Positions 1 to 9,474 of a stretch of 64,000 bases of DNA are shown here, in pieces (the first letter of the stretch is position 1; each line of letters begins with the position of its first letter). The position numbers and the translations under genes were made by a program. The stretch is from Phycisphaerae bacterium. GTDB lineage: Bacteria > Planctomycetota > Phycisphaerae > UBA1845 > Fen-1342. The stretch covers positions 64,001 to 128,000 of the forward strand of contig JASFQK010000006.1 of assembly GCA_050115495.1 (NCBI GenBank). The letters run 5' to 3'. The notes beneath the pieces are model-generated. The model was not told the origin of the DNA. It did no database searches and worked only from the letters and a program-made list of their open reading frames with translations.

Positions 1-1257
1 CGCGGCGGCCAGCGGCGAATCCGGATGCTGCTCCGCCAGCGTCAGCCACGTCTCCTCCGACTGCACGTGCGAGAAGTCGCTGTACAGCTCGCGCTGGATC
101 GTCGCCCCGTCGGCGAGGATGCGCGGCGCGCCCAGCCGCAGATCGAGCGCCCAGCCCTGGATGTACAGAACGTTCGGCACGTAGCGGCTGTGGCGGTAGT
201 CGGCGATGAAGTCCTTGCACTCCTCGTAGACCTCGCGCTGATCGGTGAGCAGATCGCGCAGGAGCCAGCGGAACATCTGCCGGCTGACGGCCGCCTGGAT
301 CTCCGGCTGACCGAACAGCAACCCGACGAGCGGCTCGCCGGTCGGCTCACTCAGGCGGGCCCGTACGATTTCGAGGCAGTCCTCGGTCACGTCCAGCCGC
401 CAGCGCTGCGCCCGCGGCCCATACTCCGCCTCGAGCACGCGATAGCTGACCTCATCGACGCCGACGTACTTGGTGAAGATGATGGCCGGAGCCACGAACA
501 TCACCGCCATCACCGGACCGACCGCACCCGGCCGGTAGTTCACGATCCGCGAGATCAGCAGGATCACCGCCAGCATCACGACGGCGGCGATGATCGCCAG
601 GACCCACGGCGCCGTCAGCAGCAGCTTCTGGTCCGGCGAGGCGTACGTGCCGATCTGCGCCGGCGTACCCCGCGTCGCCAGGTACAGGTAGAGAATCACC
701 GGCAGCATGCCCACCAGGGCCGCCCCGAAGCGAAACGACAGCCGAAACGGTTTCACCGCCGCCAGCACGCAACAGGCCACCAGCGTCAACGCCATCCAGG
801 GCATGTGGGCGAAAACCAGCACGGCGCCGGCGAACGGCAGGGCAAACGGAAAGCGGTACAGAATCGACACCGAAATCGGTACCGCCACGATCGACGCCAC
901 CAGCAGCCCCAAAACGACACCATGCATCGGGTTCTGCTCGACGCTGACCGGGTACAGCACAAAGTCGTTGAGGTTCTGCGTCTGCTCGCCCCAGAAACGC
1001 ATTGGGGCCAGATAACTACTCAGCGAGAAGTCGAACGGGCGGTCGAAGTGCAGCCAATGGATGAAGACGCACAGCCCGCAAAACAGGGCGAAATTCATGG
1101 CCAGAAGCACGATGGCCCGCACACGGTACTTCCGCTCGCTACGGGACCACACCGTGTCGTAGGCGATCGTCGCCGGCGGCGCAGCCTCCGGGGAGGGCGC
1201 CGCACCCGGGGACGGCGTGCCGTCGTCCGGCTTCCTGGAATCCTCAAGCTCGGCCAT
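1..1257 (-). CDS. Multi-pass membrane protein with soluble, possibly TPR-like C-terminal region; runs off the left edge
   Basis: Not in the ORF track because it has no stop in the window. The in-register antisense of ORF 25..1272 reads MAELEDSRKPDDG...RAIVLLAMNFALFCGLCVFIHWLHF...VVLGLLVASIVAVPISVSILYR, with several hydrophobic helices. Confidence 0.75.
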   Translation of the reverse strand, partial: MAELEDSRKPDDGTPSPGAAPSPEAAPPATIAYDTVWSRSERKYRVRAIVLLAMNFALFCGLCVFIHWLHFDRPFDFSLSSYLAPMRFWGEQTQNLNDFVLYPVSVEQNPMHGVVLGLLVASIVAVPISVSILYRFPFALPFAGAVLVFAHMPWMALTLVACCVLAAVKPFRLSFRFGAALVGMLPVILYLYLATRGTPAQIGTYASPDQKLLLTAPWVLAIIAAVVMLAVILLISRIVNYRPGAVGPVMAVMFVAPAIIFTKYVGVDEVSYRVLEAEYGPRAQRWRLDVTEDCLEIVRARLSEPTGEPLVGLLFGQPEIQAAVSRQMFRWLLRDLLTDQREVYEECKDFIADYRHSRYVPNVLYIQGWALDLRLGAPRILADGATIQRELYSDFSHVQSEETWLTLAEQHPDSPLAAA

Positions 1258-1369
1258 GAGCCCCCATGCTAATCCGCTGGCGGAGGGATGCAATCGGCCA
1301 GTCGCCGGCGCAGACCGTCCGGCCGTTCAGAACAGACGGGGGAACGCACCGGCTTGCCGGCGGAGAGGA

Positions 1370-1443
1370 CGTCCCGGGCGGGATTCGAACCCACAACCTT
1401 TGGCTCCGGAGGCCAACGCTCTGTCCAATTGAGCTACCGGGAC
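1370..1443 (-). tRNA. tRNA-Arg (anticodon CCG), CCA not encoded
   Basis: Minus strand GTCCCGGTAGCTCAATTGGACAGAGCGTTGGCCTCCGGAGCCAAAGGTTGTGGGTTCGAATCCCGCCCGGGAC: acceptor stem, D-arm, anticodon arm TTGGC-CT-CCG-GA-GCCAA, T-loop GTTCGAATC. Confidence 0.97.
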
Positions 1444-1581
1444 TTCAACGCCCTAAGCGGAGCCTTAGCAGTCTACTCCGCCGGGCAGGCCAGTCAAGCT
1501 GGCCCGGCACGCGCCTACCGGCCATAAGTGGATTATACTGCACGGCCAGCGCGGCGGGGCGCCGCGCACGAAGGAGCCAAG

Positions 1582-2229
1582 ATGGCGTTCGGCTGGGAAG
1601 ACCTCGCCCGGCTGCTGGCCGCCTGCATCGCCGGGGCCGCGATCGGCCTCGAGCGCGAATTGAGCGACAAGCCGGCGGGATTGCGCACGAACGTGATGAT
1701 CTGTCTGGGGGCCGCCGTCTTCACCCTGCTGTCCTCGCGCTTGGGGGTGGGCGACAGGACCAGCGACCCGGCACGGGTCGCCGCCCAGGTCGTGACCGGC
1801 GTCGGCTTCCTGGGTGCCGGGGCCATTCTGCACGCCCGGGGCAACGTGATCGGCCTGACGACGGCGGCGACCATCTGGATCGTGGCCAGCGTGGGCATGG
1901 CTTTCGGCTCGGGGGCCTTCGTCCTGGGCGCGGTAGCCACCGTGCTGACCGCGGGCGTGCTGTTCGGGCTGGCCGTCGTCGAGGCGCGGATCGCCGCCTG
2001 GCGCACGACCGCGAAATTCCTCATCGAGATGAAGCCCGAGCCCGAAGTGCGGCAGGTCGTCAAACGCCGCGTCCGCGAGCTCGGCCTGCAACGCCGCGAG
2101 TGGCGCGTCAGCAAGACGCCCGACGGCTTCACTGGCTTCCTGGAAGTCACCGGTCCCGAATCGCGGCTGGATCGGTTATACAAGACGATCATGGCCGAAG
2201 AGGGCGTCGAGTCCCTCGAACGGCTGTGA
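1582..2229 (+). CDS. MgtC/SapB family membrane protein
   Basis: Motifs IGLERE...KPAGLRT, DPARVAAQVVTGVGFLGAGAI and GLTTAATIW; RBS AAGGAG at 1571-1576 favours ATG 1582. Confidence 0.93.
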   Translation: MAFGWEDLARLLAACIAGAAIGLERELSDKPAGLRTNVMICLGAAVFTLLSSRLGVGDRTSDPARVAAQVVTGVGFLGAGAILHARGNVIGLTTAATIWIVASVGMAFGSGAFVLGAVATVLTAGVLFGLAVVEARIAAWRTTAKFLIEMKPEPEVRQVVKRRVRELGLQRREWRVSKTPDGFTGFLEVTGPESRLDRLYKTIMAEEGVESLERL

Positions 2230-2302
2230 GCACCTGGCGAATCCCGCGCGCGGCCCCCGGCGGCCGCAGCGCGACGTAGGCCCCGGCCCAAGGAGCCCTT
2301 CG

Positions 2303-2392
2303 ATGATGTTCTCCGAGCTGTTCTACTCGCTCTTCATTCAGTTGCTGGGCTATCTGCTCAACCTCTTCCTCGCCCAGTTGACCGGCGCATAG
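2303..2392 (+). CDS. 29-aa hydrophobic microprotein MMFSELFYSLFIQLLGYLLNLFLAQLTGA
   Basis: AAGGAG at 2290-2295, ATG 2303, TAG 2390-2392; GC3-rich codons; single TM-like segment; below the ORF-track length cutoff. Confidence 0.6.
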   Translation: MMFSELFYSLFIQLLGYLLNLFLAQLTGA

Positions 2393-2463
2393 ACAACGGG
2401 CCCGTCACGCCAAGCAGCGCGACGGACCCGGTCGTACGTTGTCCTCTCGAAAGACCGCTGCGG

Positions 2464-3276
2464 TCAGCGCCGGCGGATAAGCAGGGTTGCGCCCAGGAGC
2501 AGGCACACCGCGGCCACCGGCTCCGGCACGCTGGTTTGCGACACACCCTCCACGACCGCCTGCGTGTCCAGCAACACGTCGCCGCCCGCGAAGAGCTGCC
2601 CGGTGACCCGCGAGTTCCAGCCGACGACGGCCGGACCGCCGGCGAGCAGGCTCGTGTCCCAGACGCCCTCCGTACCGCCGGTGAAGGCGCCGCCGACACT
2701 GAGCAGCGCACCACCGTCGCCCTCGCGTGCGATGGCCGTCTTCCAGGCCAGGTTGGCGTCGCCGGCGACGAAGATGAGCACGTCTCCGCCGGAGGTATCC
2801 AGCGCGATCGTCGACTCATCGCCGAGAGTCAGGCTGTCAAAGATGTACGTGCCGGCAACGAGTTGCAGGTGCCCGCGCCAGGCCGTGGAAACGTCGCCGT
2901 ACGTGCCGGGCGCCAAGGACAGCGTCTCCTTGGACGCGGCCTGCACCGCGTCACCGCCACTCGCGTCGGCGTTGAACACCGGCACGCCGATGTCCTTGAA
3001 GGGACCGCTGCCCAGGTGGTCGTACGCCGCACCGAACGTGGACTTCCAGCCGGTGGTGATGGCGCCGCCGGCGTAGAGGTCACCCTGTACGGTCGCCTGG
3101 TCGCCGATAGCCATCAGGCCGCCGGCGGCCATGCTCCCGCCGACCGATCCGTGCCACCCGACGGACACGTTACTGTCCGAATACACCGCCAGGCTTGTCC
3201 AGTCTGTGATGAAGTCCGCGCGCAATCCCTGCGCCGCGAGGAGAAGCGTTCCCATAACAACCATACATCTGCGCAT
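2464..3276 (-). CDS. PEP-CTERM surface protein with Gly-rich beta-solenoid-like body
   Basis: Signal peptide (TLLLAAQGLRA); C-terminus VPEPVAAVCLLLGATLLIRRR; LAPGTYG...AGTYIFDSLTL segments. Confidence 0.85.
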   Translation of the reverse strand: MRRCMVVMGTLLLAAQGLRADFITDWTSLAVYSDSNVSVGWHGSVGGSMAAGGLMAIGDQATVQGDLYAGGAITTGWKSTFGAAYDHLGSGPFKDIGVPVFNADASGGDAVQAASKETLSLAPGTYGDVSTAWRGHLQLVAGTYIFDSLTLGDESTIALDTSGGDVLIFVAGDANLAWKTAIAREGDGGALLSVGGAFTGGTEGVWDTSLLAGGPAVVGWNSRVTGQLFAGGDVLLDTQAVVEGVSQTSVPEPVAAVCLLLGATLLIRRR

Positions 3277-3424
3277 CGCGTGTGCTCCGTGTGGACAGCG
3301 CGCGAGCCGGCACCGCGACCGGCCGTCATAGAGAAGTATTCAATACTGCAGCGGACGGAGGCGCCCGGTTCCCCCCGGCGCCGTTATCGGGATGATTTGG
3401 GTATGCGGATGTTCACGGAAGGTC

Positions 3425-4546
3425 CTACGGCGCCCCCTCTTGCCGCCGGGCCCGGATCCACTCCTGGAACGCCTGTTGATCCGGATCGACGGCAGACGGC
3501 GTCTCGTCAACCACATCACGCTGCAGCGGGATCAACCCCGCCTCTGCCTCGCGGAGCGCCCGGCCGCCGCCAGCGCGGCTCAGCATTAAGTGAATATTGA
3601 GCCCTGTCGGACTGGACAACACGAGGGTCTCATAGCGGCAGATGGGGATCTGCGTATTGTTGTTGAACCGACGATCCGGCCCGCCCTTCTTGTTGACGTA
3701 CCGCCACGTGTGGCCCACAACGTCGGCGTCGCCGGGAACAGCGTCGGTCTCACGGAATTCACTGTACTCCACGCCGATACGGAGGGAGTCGTAGGCCACG
3801 GCACCGACGCGTGTTCCCTCGTATACGAGCACCTGGTTGGGAAAGAAATAGAGCGTCTGCGCGCCACAGACGAGGGAGTAGGGCCGCAGGTTGCTGTCGA
3901 GGTAGCGCGGCGCCTTCCGTGTGAAGAACACCGCCCTGCGCGTCACGAGGCTGCCAGCGCCAGCATTGCGTTTCCAGTCGCTGATTGCCTCGCGCGTCGT
4001 GACGCGCCAGACGCGATGGCACGACGCGGCCATCCCCAGAGCGTCCTCGAAGCCCTGGAAGCGCGCGCCCGCATCGCCCTGCAAATCAAACCACAGATGG
4101 ACCGTCTTGACCCGCATATCCCGGCGGTGGCCCGCGATGCCGCCCCAAATCGTCCCGGCCGCTGCGGGGACAACTGCAAACAGCCAGGCCCAGTGGTGCA
4201 CAGCGAAGAAGATGAGGACCGTCAGCGTGACAGCCATGCCTAACGCTATAGTAGCCGGTGCGAATGCGGGGATCTGAAGCGTGCGGTTGATCTCGCGCAC
4301 GAGGCCTTCGTTGCTCACGTCAACCAGCGCTGCCGCACCAGCAGTGTGGATCGTGTCTTCCTCCCCGCGTACCCCGCTGTCGCTTGACTGCGACGAGGCG
4401 GCAGTCGGACTGCCAAGGCGCTGGCGCAAGTACAGCCCACCGTAGCCGACATGCGAGCGAGAGCCACCAGATCCCGCGCCAACACCGAGGTCGGACACGC
4501 CAGCCGAGGCACCGAGCCGAGACGACCTGTGCAGATGTAGGCCCAT
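3425..4546 (-). CDS. DUF4236-like membrane protein
   Basis: N-terminus MGLHLHRS...HVGYGGLYLRQRL; two TM helices; conserved-looking TWRYVNKKGGPDRRFNNN. Confidence 0.7.
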   Translation of the reverse strand: MGLHLHRSSRLGASAGVSDLGVGAGSGGSRSHVGYGGLYLRQRLGSPTAASSQSSDSGVRGEEDTIHTAGAAALVDVSNEGLVREINRTLQIPAFAPATIALGMAVTLTVLIFFAVHHWAWLFAVVPAAAGTIWGGIAGHRRDMRVKTVHLWFDLQGDAGARFQGFEDALGMAASCHRVWRVTTREAISDWKRNAGAGSLVTRRAVFFTRKAPRYLDSNLRPYSLVCGAQTLYFFPNQVLVYEGTRVGAVAYDSLRIGVEYSEFRETDAVPGDADVVGHTWRYVNKKGGPDRRFNNNTQIPICRYETLVLSSPTGLNIHLMLSRAGGGRALREAEAGLIPLQRDVVDETPSAVDPDQQAFQEWIRARRQEGAP

Positions 4547-4868
4547 ACTGCGAATCCTCCTCTATCACGACAATGCCGCCACTTCCCCCGCCAGTAGCCG
4601 CGCACGTACGTTCTGGCCGTCCGCCGAGTCTCTCGCTCGTCATTCAGATGCGCGACACCGGCCGCCCCGGCGGTGGCGACAGGCGTAGGCGCGACTCTCG
4701 GTACAATGAGTCTCACGATGTGCTCGCCCTCGTAGCGCCAGAGATGCACCACACTGGCCGTCGAATCCGCGGCGCTGCACTACGGCCCGGTCGTTGAGGG
4801 GATTGGAGCTTCCTCGTGCTCCAACGCCGCCCATTCTCTCACTTGTCTTGTGCCACGGCAAGACGTTT

Positions 4869-6191
4869 TCAGCGGCCAGACTGGTCGCCCTCGCCCCGCT
4901 GGCCCGGAAGATGCGCCTCCGGCAGCGCGCCTCCAGACGCTACCCGCAACGGTTGCCAGCGCCAGTAGGTCAGGCTACGCCAGAGCCATTCCAGCGGGCC
5001 GAAGCGGAAGTACCACAACCACAGCGGCGACAGGACAAGCTGCACCGCCGACACGGCTAACACCACAGCGAGCTGCCCCGTCCGCCCGACGTAGCCGTAG
5101 AGGCCGAGGCCGTGACCGTAGAACAACGTGGTGCAGATCACTGTCTGCAACAGGTAGTTCGTCAGCGCCATCCGCCCCACCGCAGCCAGCACGCGGCGCG
5201 CACCGGCCAGCACGCCGGCGCGGCAGACCAGCATAACCGCCCCCACCCAGCCAAGACTGACGGGCAGGCTCGCCCAGTAGTTGAACTGCGCCCCAAGGAA
5301 AAAGCAGTAGCGTACGTCCCAGCCGACGGCCGTGTTCCAATACACGCCGTAGACGGTCAGCGGCAGGCCAATCAGCAAGGCGACCGCGACGAAGAACCAG
5401 TACGTGCGCGCGGAGGCCCGGGCGCTGAACGTCCCCAGCTTGTACAACGCCATGCCCGCCAGCATGAGCCCCAGCGCCCGCCACAGAAAGAGCAACGGCA
5501 GCATGGTCAGTTGCATGCTGCGGGCAGCGGCGAACCGGTAGGGCATCTGCGCCAGGTAACCGCCGCGGTACTCCGCCAGCTCACCGGCCACGACGTCGGC
5601 CGACGGCTGCCAGGTGTGATCGTTCAGATAGGCGAGGCTCTCCGCCGGCCAGTACGGCAACGACGACTGCCACAGCACCCGGATCGCCGACGGTATGGTG
5701 ATTCCCAGCACAGCGAACACCAACAGCGTTCGCAGCCGCCAGCGACGACACAGATACGCGAACAACCCGCACGCGCCGTACAGGAACAGAACATCGCCGA
5801 ACCACAACAGGTAGGCGTGCATGAGACCGATCACCATCAACCAGAACATCCGGCGATAGTGCACGGCCGCCGTGCGGCAACCGGCCGCGGCGCGACGTTC
5901 GGTCATGAGCACGATCCCCGCCCCGAAGAGCACGCTGAAGATCGTCATGAACTTGCGGTCGGCAAAAACGTGCCCCAGCAACCAGATGATGTAGTCCGCC
6001 CCGCGCAGTTCGCCGAGGGCCATCGGGTTCATGTACGCCGCCCCGATCATCGCGAACGACTGTACGTTCATCACCAGGATGCCGAGCACCGCCACGCCGC
6101 GCAGTACGTCGATGGCTTCGATGCGCTCCGCCGGACGTATGGGACCGGCCGGCGGCGCGATGACGGGAACAGCCGTCGTGTCTACAGACAT
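4869..6191 (-). CDS. DUF418 (YeiB-like) membrane protein
   Basis: ERIEAIDVLRGVAVLGILVMN, KFMTIFSVLFGAG, GRMALTNYLLQT and FRFGPLEWLWRSLTY motifs; start moved to ATG 6191 behind GAGAAGG. Confidence 0.9.
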   Translation of the reverse strand: MSVDTTAVPVIAPPAGPIRPAERIEAIDVLRGVAVLGILVMNVQSFAMIGAAYMNPMALGELRGADYIIWLLGHVFADRKFMTIFSVLFGAGIVLMTERRAAAGCRTAAVHYRRMFWLMVIGLMHAYLLWFGDVLFLYGACGLFAYLCRRWRLRTLLVFAVLGITIPSAIRVLWQSSLPYWPAESLAYLNDHTWQPSADVVAGELAEYRGGYLAQMPYRFAAARSMQLTMLPLLFLWRALGLMLAGMALYKLGTFSARASARTYWFFVAVALLIGLPLTVYGVYWNTAVGWDVRYCFFLGAQFNYWASLPVSLGWVGAVMLVCRAGVLAGARRVLAAVGRMALTNYLLQTVICTTLFYGHGLGLYGYVGRTGQLAVVLAVSAVQLVLSPLWLWYFRFGPLEWLWRSLTYWRWQPLRVASGGALPEAHLPGQRGEGDQSGR

Positions 6192-6392
6192 CGCCTTCTC
6201 CCACGGCTCGCGCGGGCCCATGACCCGCGCGTCCGCGACATCCTAGCCGCCGCGCCGCGCTGCCGACAATGCGCCGCGCGCCTATTCCCTTCCGTTGCAC
6301 GACGGTATGCTGCGCAGCGGTCGCGTCGCGGCGGCGGGCCCGGGGCGGCGACAGCCTCGATGATCCACTCGCCCTTCTGGAGCGCAAACGCC

Positions 6393-7550
6393 ATGCCGAG
6401 AAGCACCATTCCACACGCGTCGTCGCCAGTGACGTCGAATCGATCCATCCGCGGCATTCGCCTGGCGGCAGCCATGCTCGCCTCGGTCATGCTGTTCGGC
6501 GGCCGCCCCTGCCTGGCCCAGCCCGAGGCCGGCGCCACGAGCCAAGAGGTCACGTTCACCAGCGGCGACGCCACGCTCGCCGGCACGCTCACCCTCCCGC
6601 CGGGCAAGGGCCCCCATCCGGCGGCGATCCTGCTCAGCGGCAACGGCCCCCACGATCGCGACGGTGCCCTGCAGGTCGTCCCCGATTATCGACCGTTCGC
6701 CGTCATCGCCGAGCACCTGGCCAAGAGCGGGTTCGCCGTGCTGCGTTGCGACGACCGCGGCGTGGGCAAGTCCACCGGCGACTACCTGGCCGCGGGAGAG
6801 GAGGACTTCTTCAAGGACGCCGAAGCGGCGCTGCAATTCATGTTGAAGCGTGAGGACATCGCGGCGAAGCGCATCGGCCTGATCGGGCACAGCGAAGGGG
6901 CGATGATCGCCGCGGTCGTCGCCGGCCGGCGGCCGGAAGTGGCGTTCGTGGTCAACCTGGCCGGCGGGGCGACGAAGGGCTATGACCTGCTCGTGCGGCA
7001 GACGGAGCGGGCGATCACCGCCGAGGGCAAGCCGTCGAGCCAGGTCGCCGAGGCCGTGGCCAATCAGCGCCGCATGCTCGACCTGGTCCTCGCCCAGGAT
7101 TGGGACAAGCTTCAGGAGATCGTGCGGGAGGTGTCGCTCAAGCGGTTGAGGGAGCTGCCCCCGCAAACCCGGGCCCGCATCGGCGACCTGGAGGCCGCCG
7201 CCATCCGCCACGCCGAGCAGAGCATGCAGACGCTGAAGCACCCTCGATATCGGTTCATGATCGAGCATGATTTCGGTGCGGACTGGACGAAAGTAAAGGT
7301 CCCCGTGCTGGCGATTTTCGGCGGGCTGGACGTGCAATGCGACGCCGCGCAGAACCAGGAAGGCCTCGAGCGCGCCCTGCGTGAGGCCGGGAACAAGAAC
7401 GTGAAGACGGTGATCATCCGCGGCGCTAACCACCTGCTCATCCCGGCCCGCGCCGGCGCAATGAGCGAGTACGCCACGCTGCCCAAAGACTTCGCCCCCG
7501 GCGTGCTCGACACCCTCTCCACCTGGCTGACCGAACAGGCCAAGCCCTAG
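6393..7550 (+). CDS. Secreted alpha/beta hydrolase
   Basis: C-terminal part of ORF 5112..7550: LAGTLTLP, LRCDDRGVGKS, nucleophile GHSEG, GGLDVQ, ANHL. The upstream part of that ORF is antisense shadow of the DUF418 gene. Confidence 0.88.
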   Translation: MPRSTIPHASSPVTSNRSIRGIRLAAAMLASVMLFGGRPCLAQPEAGATSQEVTFTSGDATLAGTLTLPPGKGPHPAAILLSGNGPHDRDGALQVVPDYRPFAVIAEHLAKSGFAVLRCDDRGVGKSTGDYLAAGEEDFFKDAEAALQFMLKREDIAAKRIGLIGHSEGAMIAAVVAGRRPEVAFVVNLAGGATKGYDLLVRQTERAITAEGKPSSQVAEAVANQRRMLDLVLAQDWDKLQEIVREVSLKRLRELPPQTRARIGDLEAAAIRHAEQSMQTLKHPRYRFMIEHDFGADWTKVKVPVLAIFGGLDVQCDAAQNQEGLERALREAGNKNVKTVIIRGANHLLIPARAGAMSEYATLPKDFAPGVLDTLSTWLTEQAKP

Positions 7551-7766
7551 CCGCAGCCGGTAGCGCGAGGCATGCCACACTCTCGCCGTATTCACCCCAG
7601 GGCCCCGTGCAATCTGAACTTTCGATGTTCAATCTGCATGGCCGCACGACTTGGTCCCCGGCCAAGTCGCGCCACAAGTGGATGTCCGGCTCGCCGCCGC
7701 GGGTGGCCTGTGTGACCAAGTCCGCCGGGCTCTGGACCAGCAAACCGGCTTTGGGATGGGCTCCCG

Positions 7767-9023
7767 TCAGGACGCGCTCGCCTCAGACCGCTCGGGTAAC
7801 GTGAAGCAGATAGCGGTGGTTGATGGCAGCATGGGATACGCCACTCGGCAGCGGTAGACCTTGAATCGCTCGCCGTCCCAACCCAGCCGGTTGAACACGT
7901 ACTCAGCCACCTCCCCGTAGCGAGGCACCTCGGGCGTACGCAGCGCCTTCGCCCCATTACCGAGACAGGTTGCCGCGGCCTTGAACTCCAGGCGCTGAAG
8001 CGATCGCGGTCGCGCAGGAAAGGGCCCTTCGTCTATCGATTCCGGATACATGACCGCCGTTGGTGCATCGGACGCGTACATCCCATCCAGCACCACCACG
8101 TCGTGAATCAGCAACTCGCACGGGATTCTCGTCCGCGCGCAGAACCCAGCAAAGCGGTTGTCTGACGTGCGACAGGTCTTCACCGCGTGACGGTCGATCC
8201 AGCCGGCAATGTAGTCGACAGCCGCCGTATCGCCGACGTCGCTGAGCACCAGATCGCCGTGGATCTGGCCCCCGCTGGCCTCGATCGTTCGAAACTGAGG
8301 CAACGGTTGGCTACAGAAATCGGGCAGCAGCGCAATGCCATGTTCGGTCTGGGCCGCCGGGTCCAGCGGTTCACGTTTCTCCCACCCGATTGGTGAACCA
8401 TCATCGTTCGCGAAGCTGGCGTGCGAAATCACCACGGGCGCCCCGTGGCGGGATTGGCGCAACCCGATGTAGCCCATCAGTGTCACGAAGTCCGCGAACT
8501 CCGGATCAGCCGACCGGTGCACGAACGTGCAGGTCACGCGTGTTCGCACCTGGACACCCCACAGGTGCCGCAACCCTCGAAAGACGGATCGACGCTGTTG
8601 GCGATCGATCGTCTCAGCCTCATCGTCGCCGGCGATGGCGCTGACCATCGAGTCAAACATGGCTCGATCGCCGGCGTGACGGGCCACCGTATCCTCGAAG
8701 TCCTTTGCAGCCCCAACCGCGGCGGCGATCAACTCGGCGGAGATGCCGTGCTTGGCCGCCGCCCGAAAGAACGTCTTCAGGTGCATCGGCCGGGGGACGT
8801 ACGGCCCCGCGCGCAGCCCATCCGTGGTCGTGGCCACGTTGTAGATGGCCCAACTGAGCCGACGATCGATGCCGAGCGCGTGGTGCAGGTCGGCGGCCTT
8901 CATTATCGGTCTATTGGTTGCAGCGATCATGTCGCCGAGCGCGGCACGCAGCCGATCCAGCACCGACTTGGCCTCGCTCGCGAACGGTTGTCCAGAAGTG
9001 TCGCGAACCCGTTCCTCAGTCAT
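7767..9023 (-). CDS. Uncharacterised 418-aa protein with N-terminal HTH-like segment; putative transcription regulator
   Basis: KAADLHHALGIDRRLSWAIY resembles a helix-turn-helix; divergent from the 9475 operon; no signal peptide or TM helix. Confidence 0.6.
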   Translation of the reverse strand: MTEERVRDTSGQPFASEAKSVLDRLRAALGDMIAATNRPIMKAADLHHALGIDRRLSWAIYNVATTTDGLRAGPYVPRPMHLKTFFRAAAKHGISAELIAAAVGAAKDFEDTVARHAGDRAMFDSMVSAIAGDDEAETIDRQQRRSVFRGLRHLWGVQVRTRVTCTFVHRSADPEFADFVTLMGYIGLRQSRHGAPVVISHASFANDDGSPIGWEKREPLDPAAQTEHGIALLPDFCSQPLPQFRTIEASGGQIHGDLVLSDVGDTAAVDYIAGWIDRHAVKTCRTSDNRFAGFCARTRIPCELLIHDVVVLDGMYASDAPTAVMYPESIDEGPFPARPRSLQRLEFKAAATCLGNGAKALRTPEVPRYGEVAEYVFNRLGWDGERFKVYRCRVAYPMLPSTTAICFTLPERSEASAS

Positions 9024-9029
9024 AGCAGT

Positions 9030-9144
9030 AACTTACCGCCTCGCCGGGCACCGCGTCAAGCAATATGTCGCGATACCAGGAAGATTACCAGGATTGTTAC
9101 TAGTAATTTTTTCATTGACACGCACATCCGCCAATCGGTACACT
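9030..9144. promoter_or_regulatory. Back-to-back sigma70-like promoters flanking three 12-bp-phased repeats
   Basis: Plus: TTGACA 9115-9120, N18, TACACT 9139-9144. Minus: TTGACG 9059-9054, N18, TAAGTT 9035-9030. Repeats TACCAGGA 9074, TACCAGGA 9086, TACTAGTA 9098. Confidence 0.7.
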
Positions 9145-9474
9145 CGCGCACGTTGGATCGGCCCAGTCGTTCGCCTATCCATGCGTGAGGTGCGTTCTTG
9201 ACGAAAAGGGGTCTTTGGCGCTGCGGGCTGCGAACGCCGGGACACCCGCCGGCCGCGCGGATGCCGACCGTCGCCCTCGTTGCAGGGGCGCAGCGTGGGA
9301 GAGTGGTTCGCCCCACCGCGCACGGGTCTGCCCCTCCCCGATCCGCTGCCCCAACATCAACCGCCCTCACCCAATCGTGTTGTCGGGATCGTCTTCGATC
9401 CGCTTGTCTTTTCACGTCGGGAGCATGTGCCCCCACACGAATGGGGTTGATTCCCCAACAGGAGGAAACGCATC

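Noticed and set aside
25..1272. 415-aa plus-strand ORF
   Set aside because: In-register antisense shadow of the real minus-strand membrane protein; Arg/His-rich nonsense composition.
1370..1443. tRNA as integration site of an island
   Set aside because: No integrase and no duplicated tRNA 3' end noticed in the window.
4315..4752. Minus ORF containing YVRGYWR
   Set aside because: Overlaps the DUF4236-like gene out of frame, has no RBS, and rests on a single short motif.
5112..6392. N-terminal extension making an 812-aa hydrolase fusion
   Set aside because: Mostly antisense to the DUF418 gene; the signal peptide and hydrolase start after 6393.
7608..7638. Imperfect inverted repeat TGAAC-N7-GTTCA
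   Set aside because: Lies between convergent gene ends with no downstream gene to regulate; too short to support a call.
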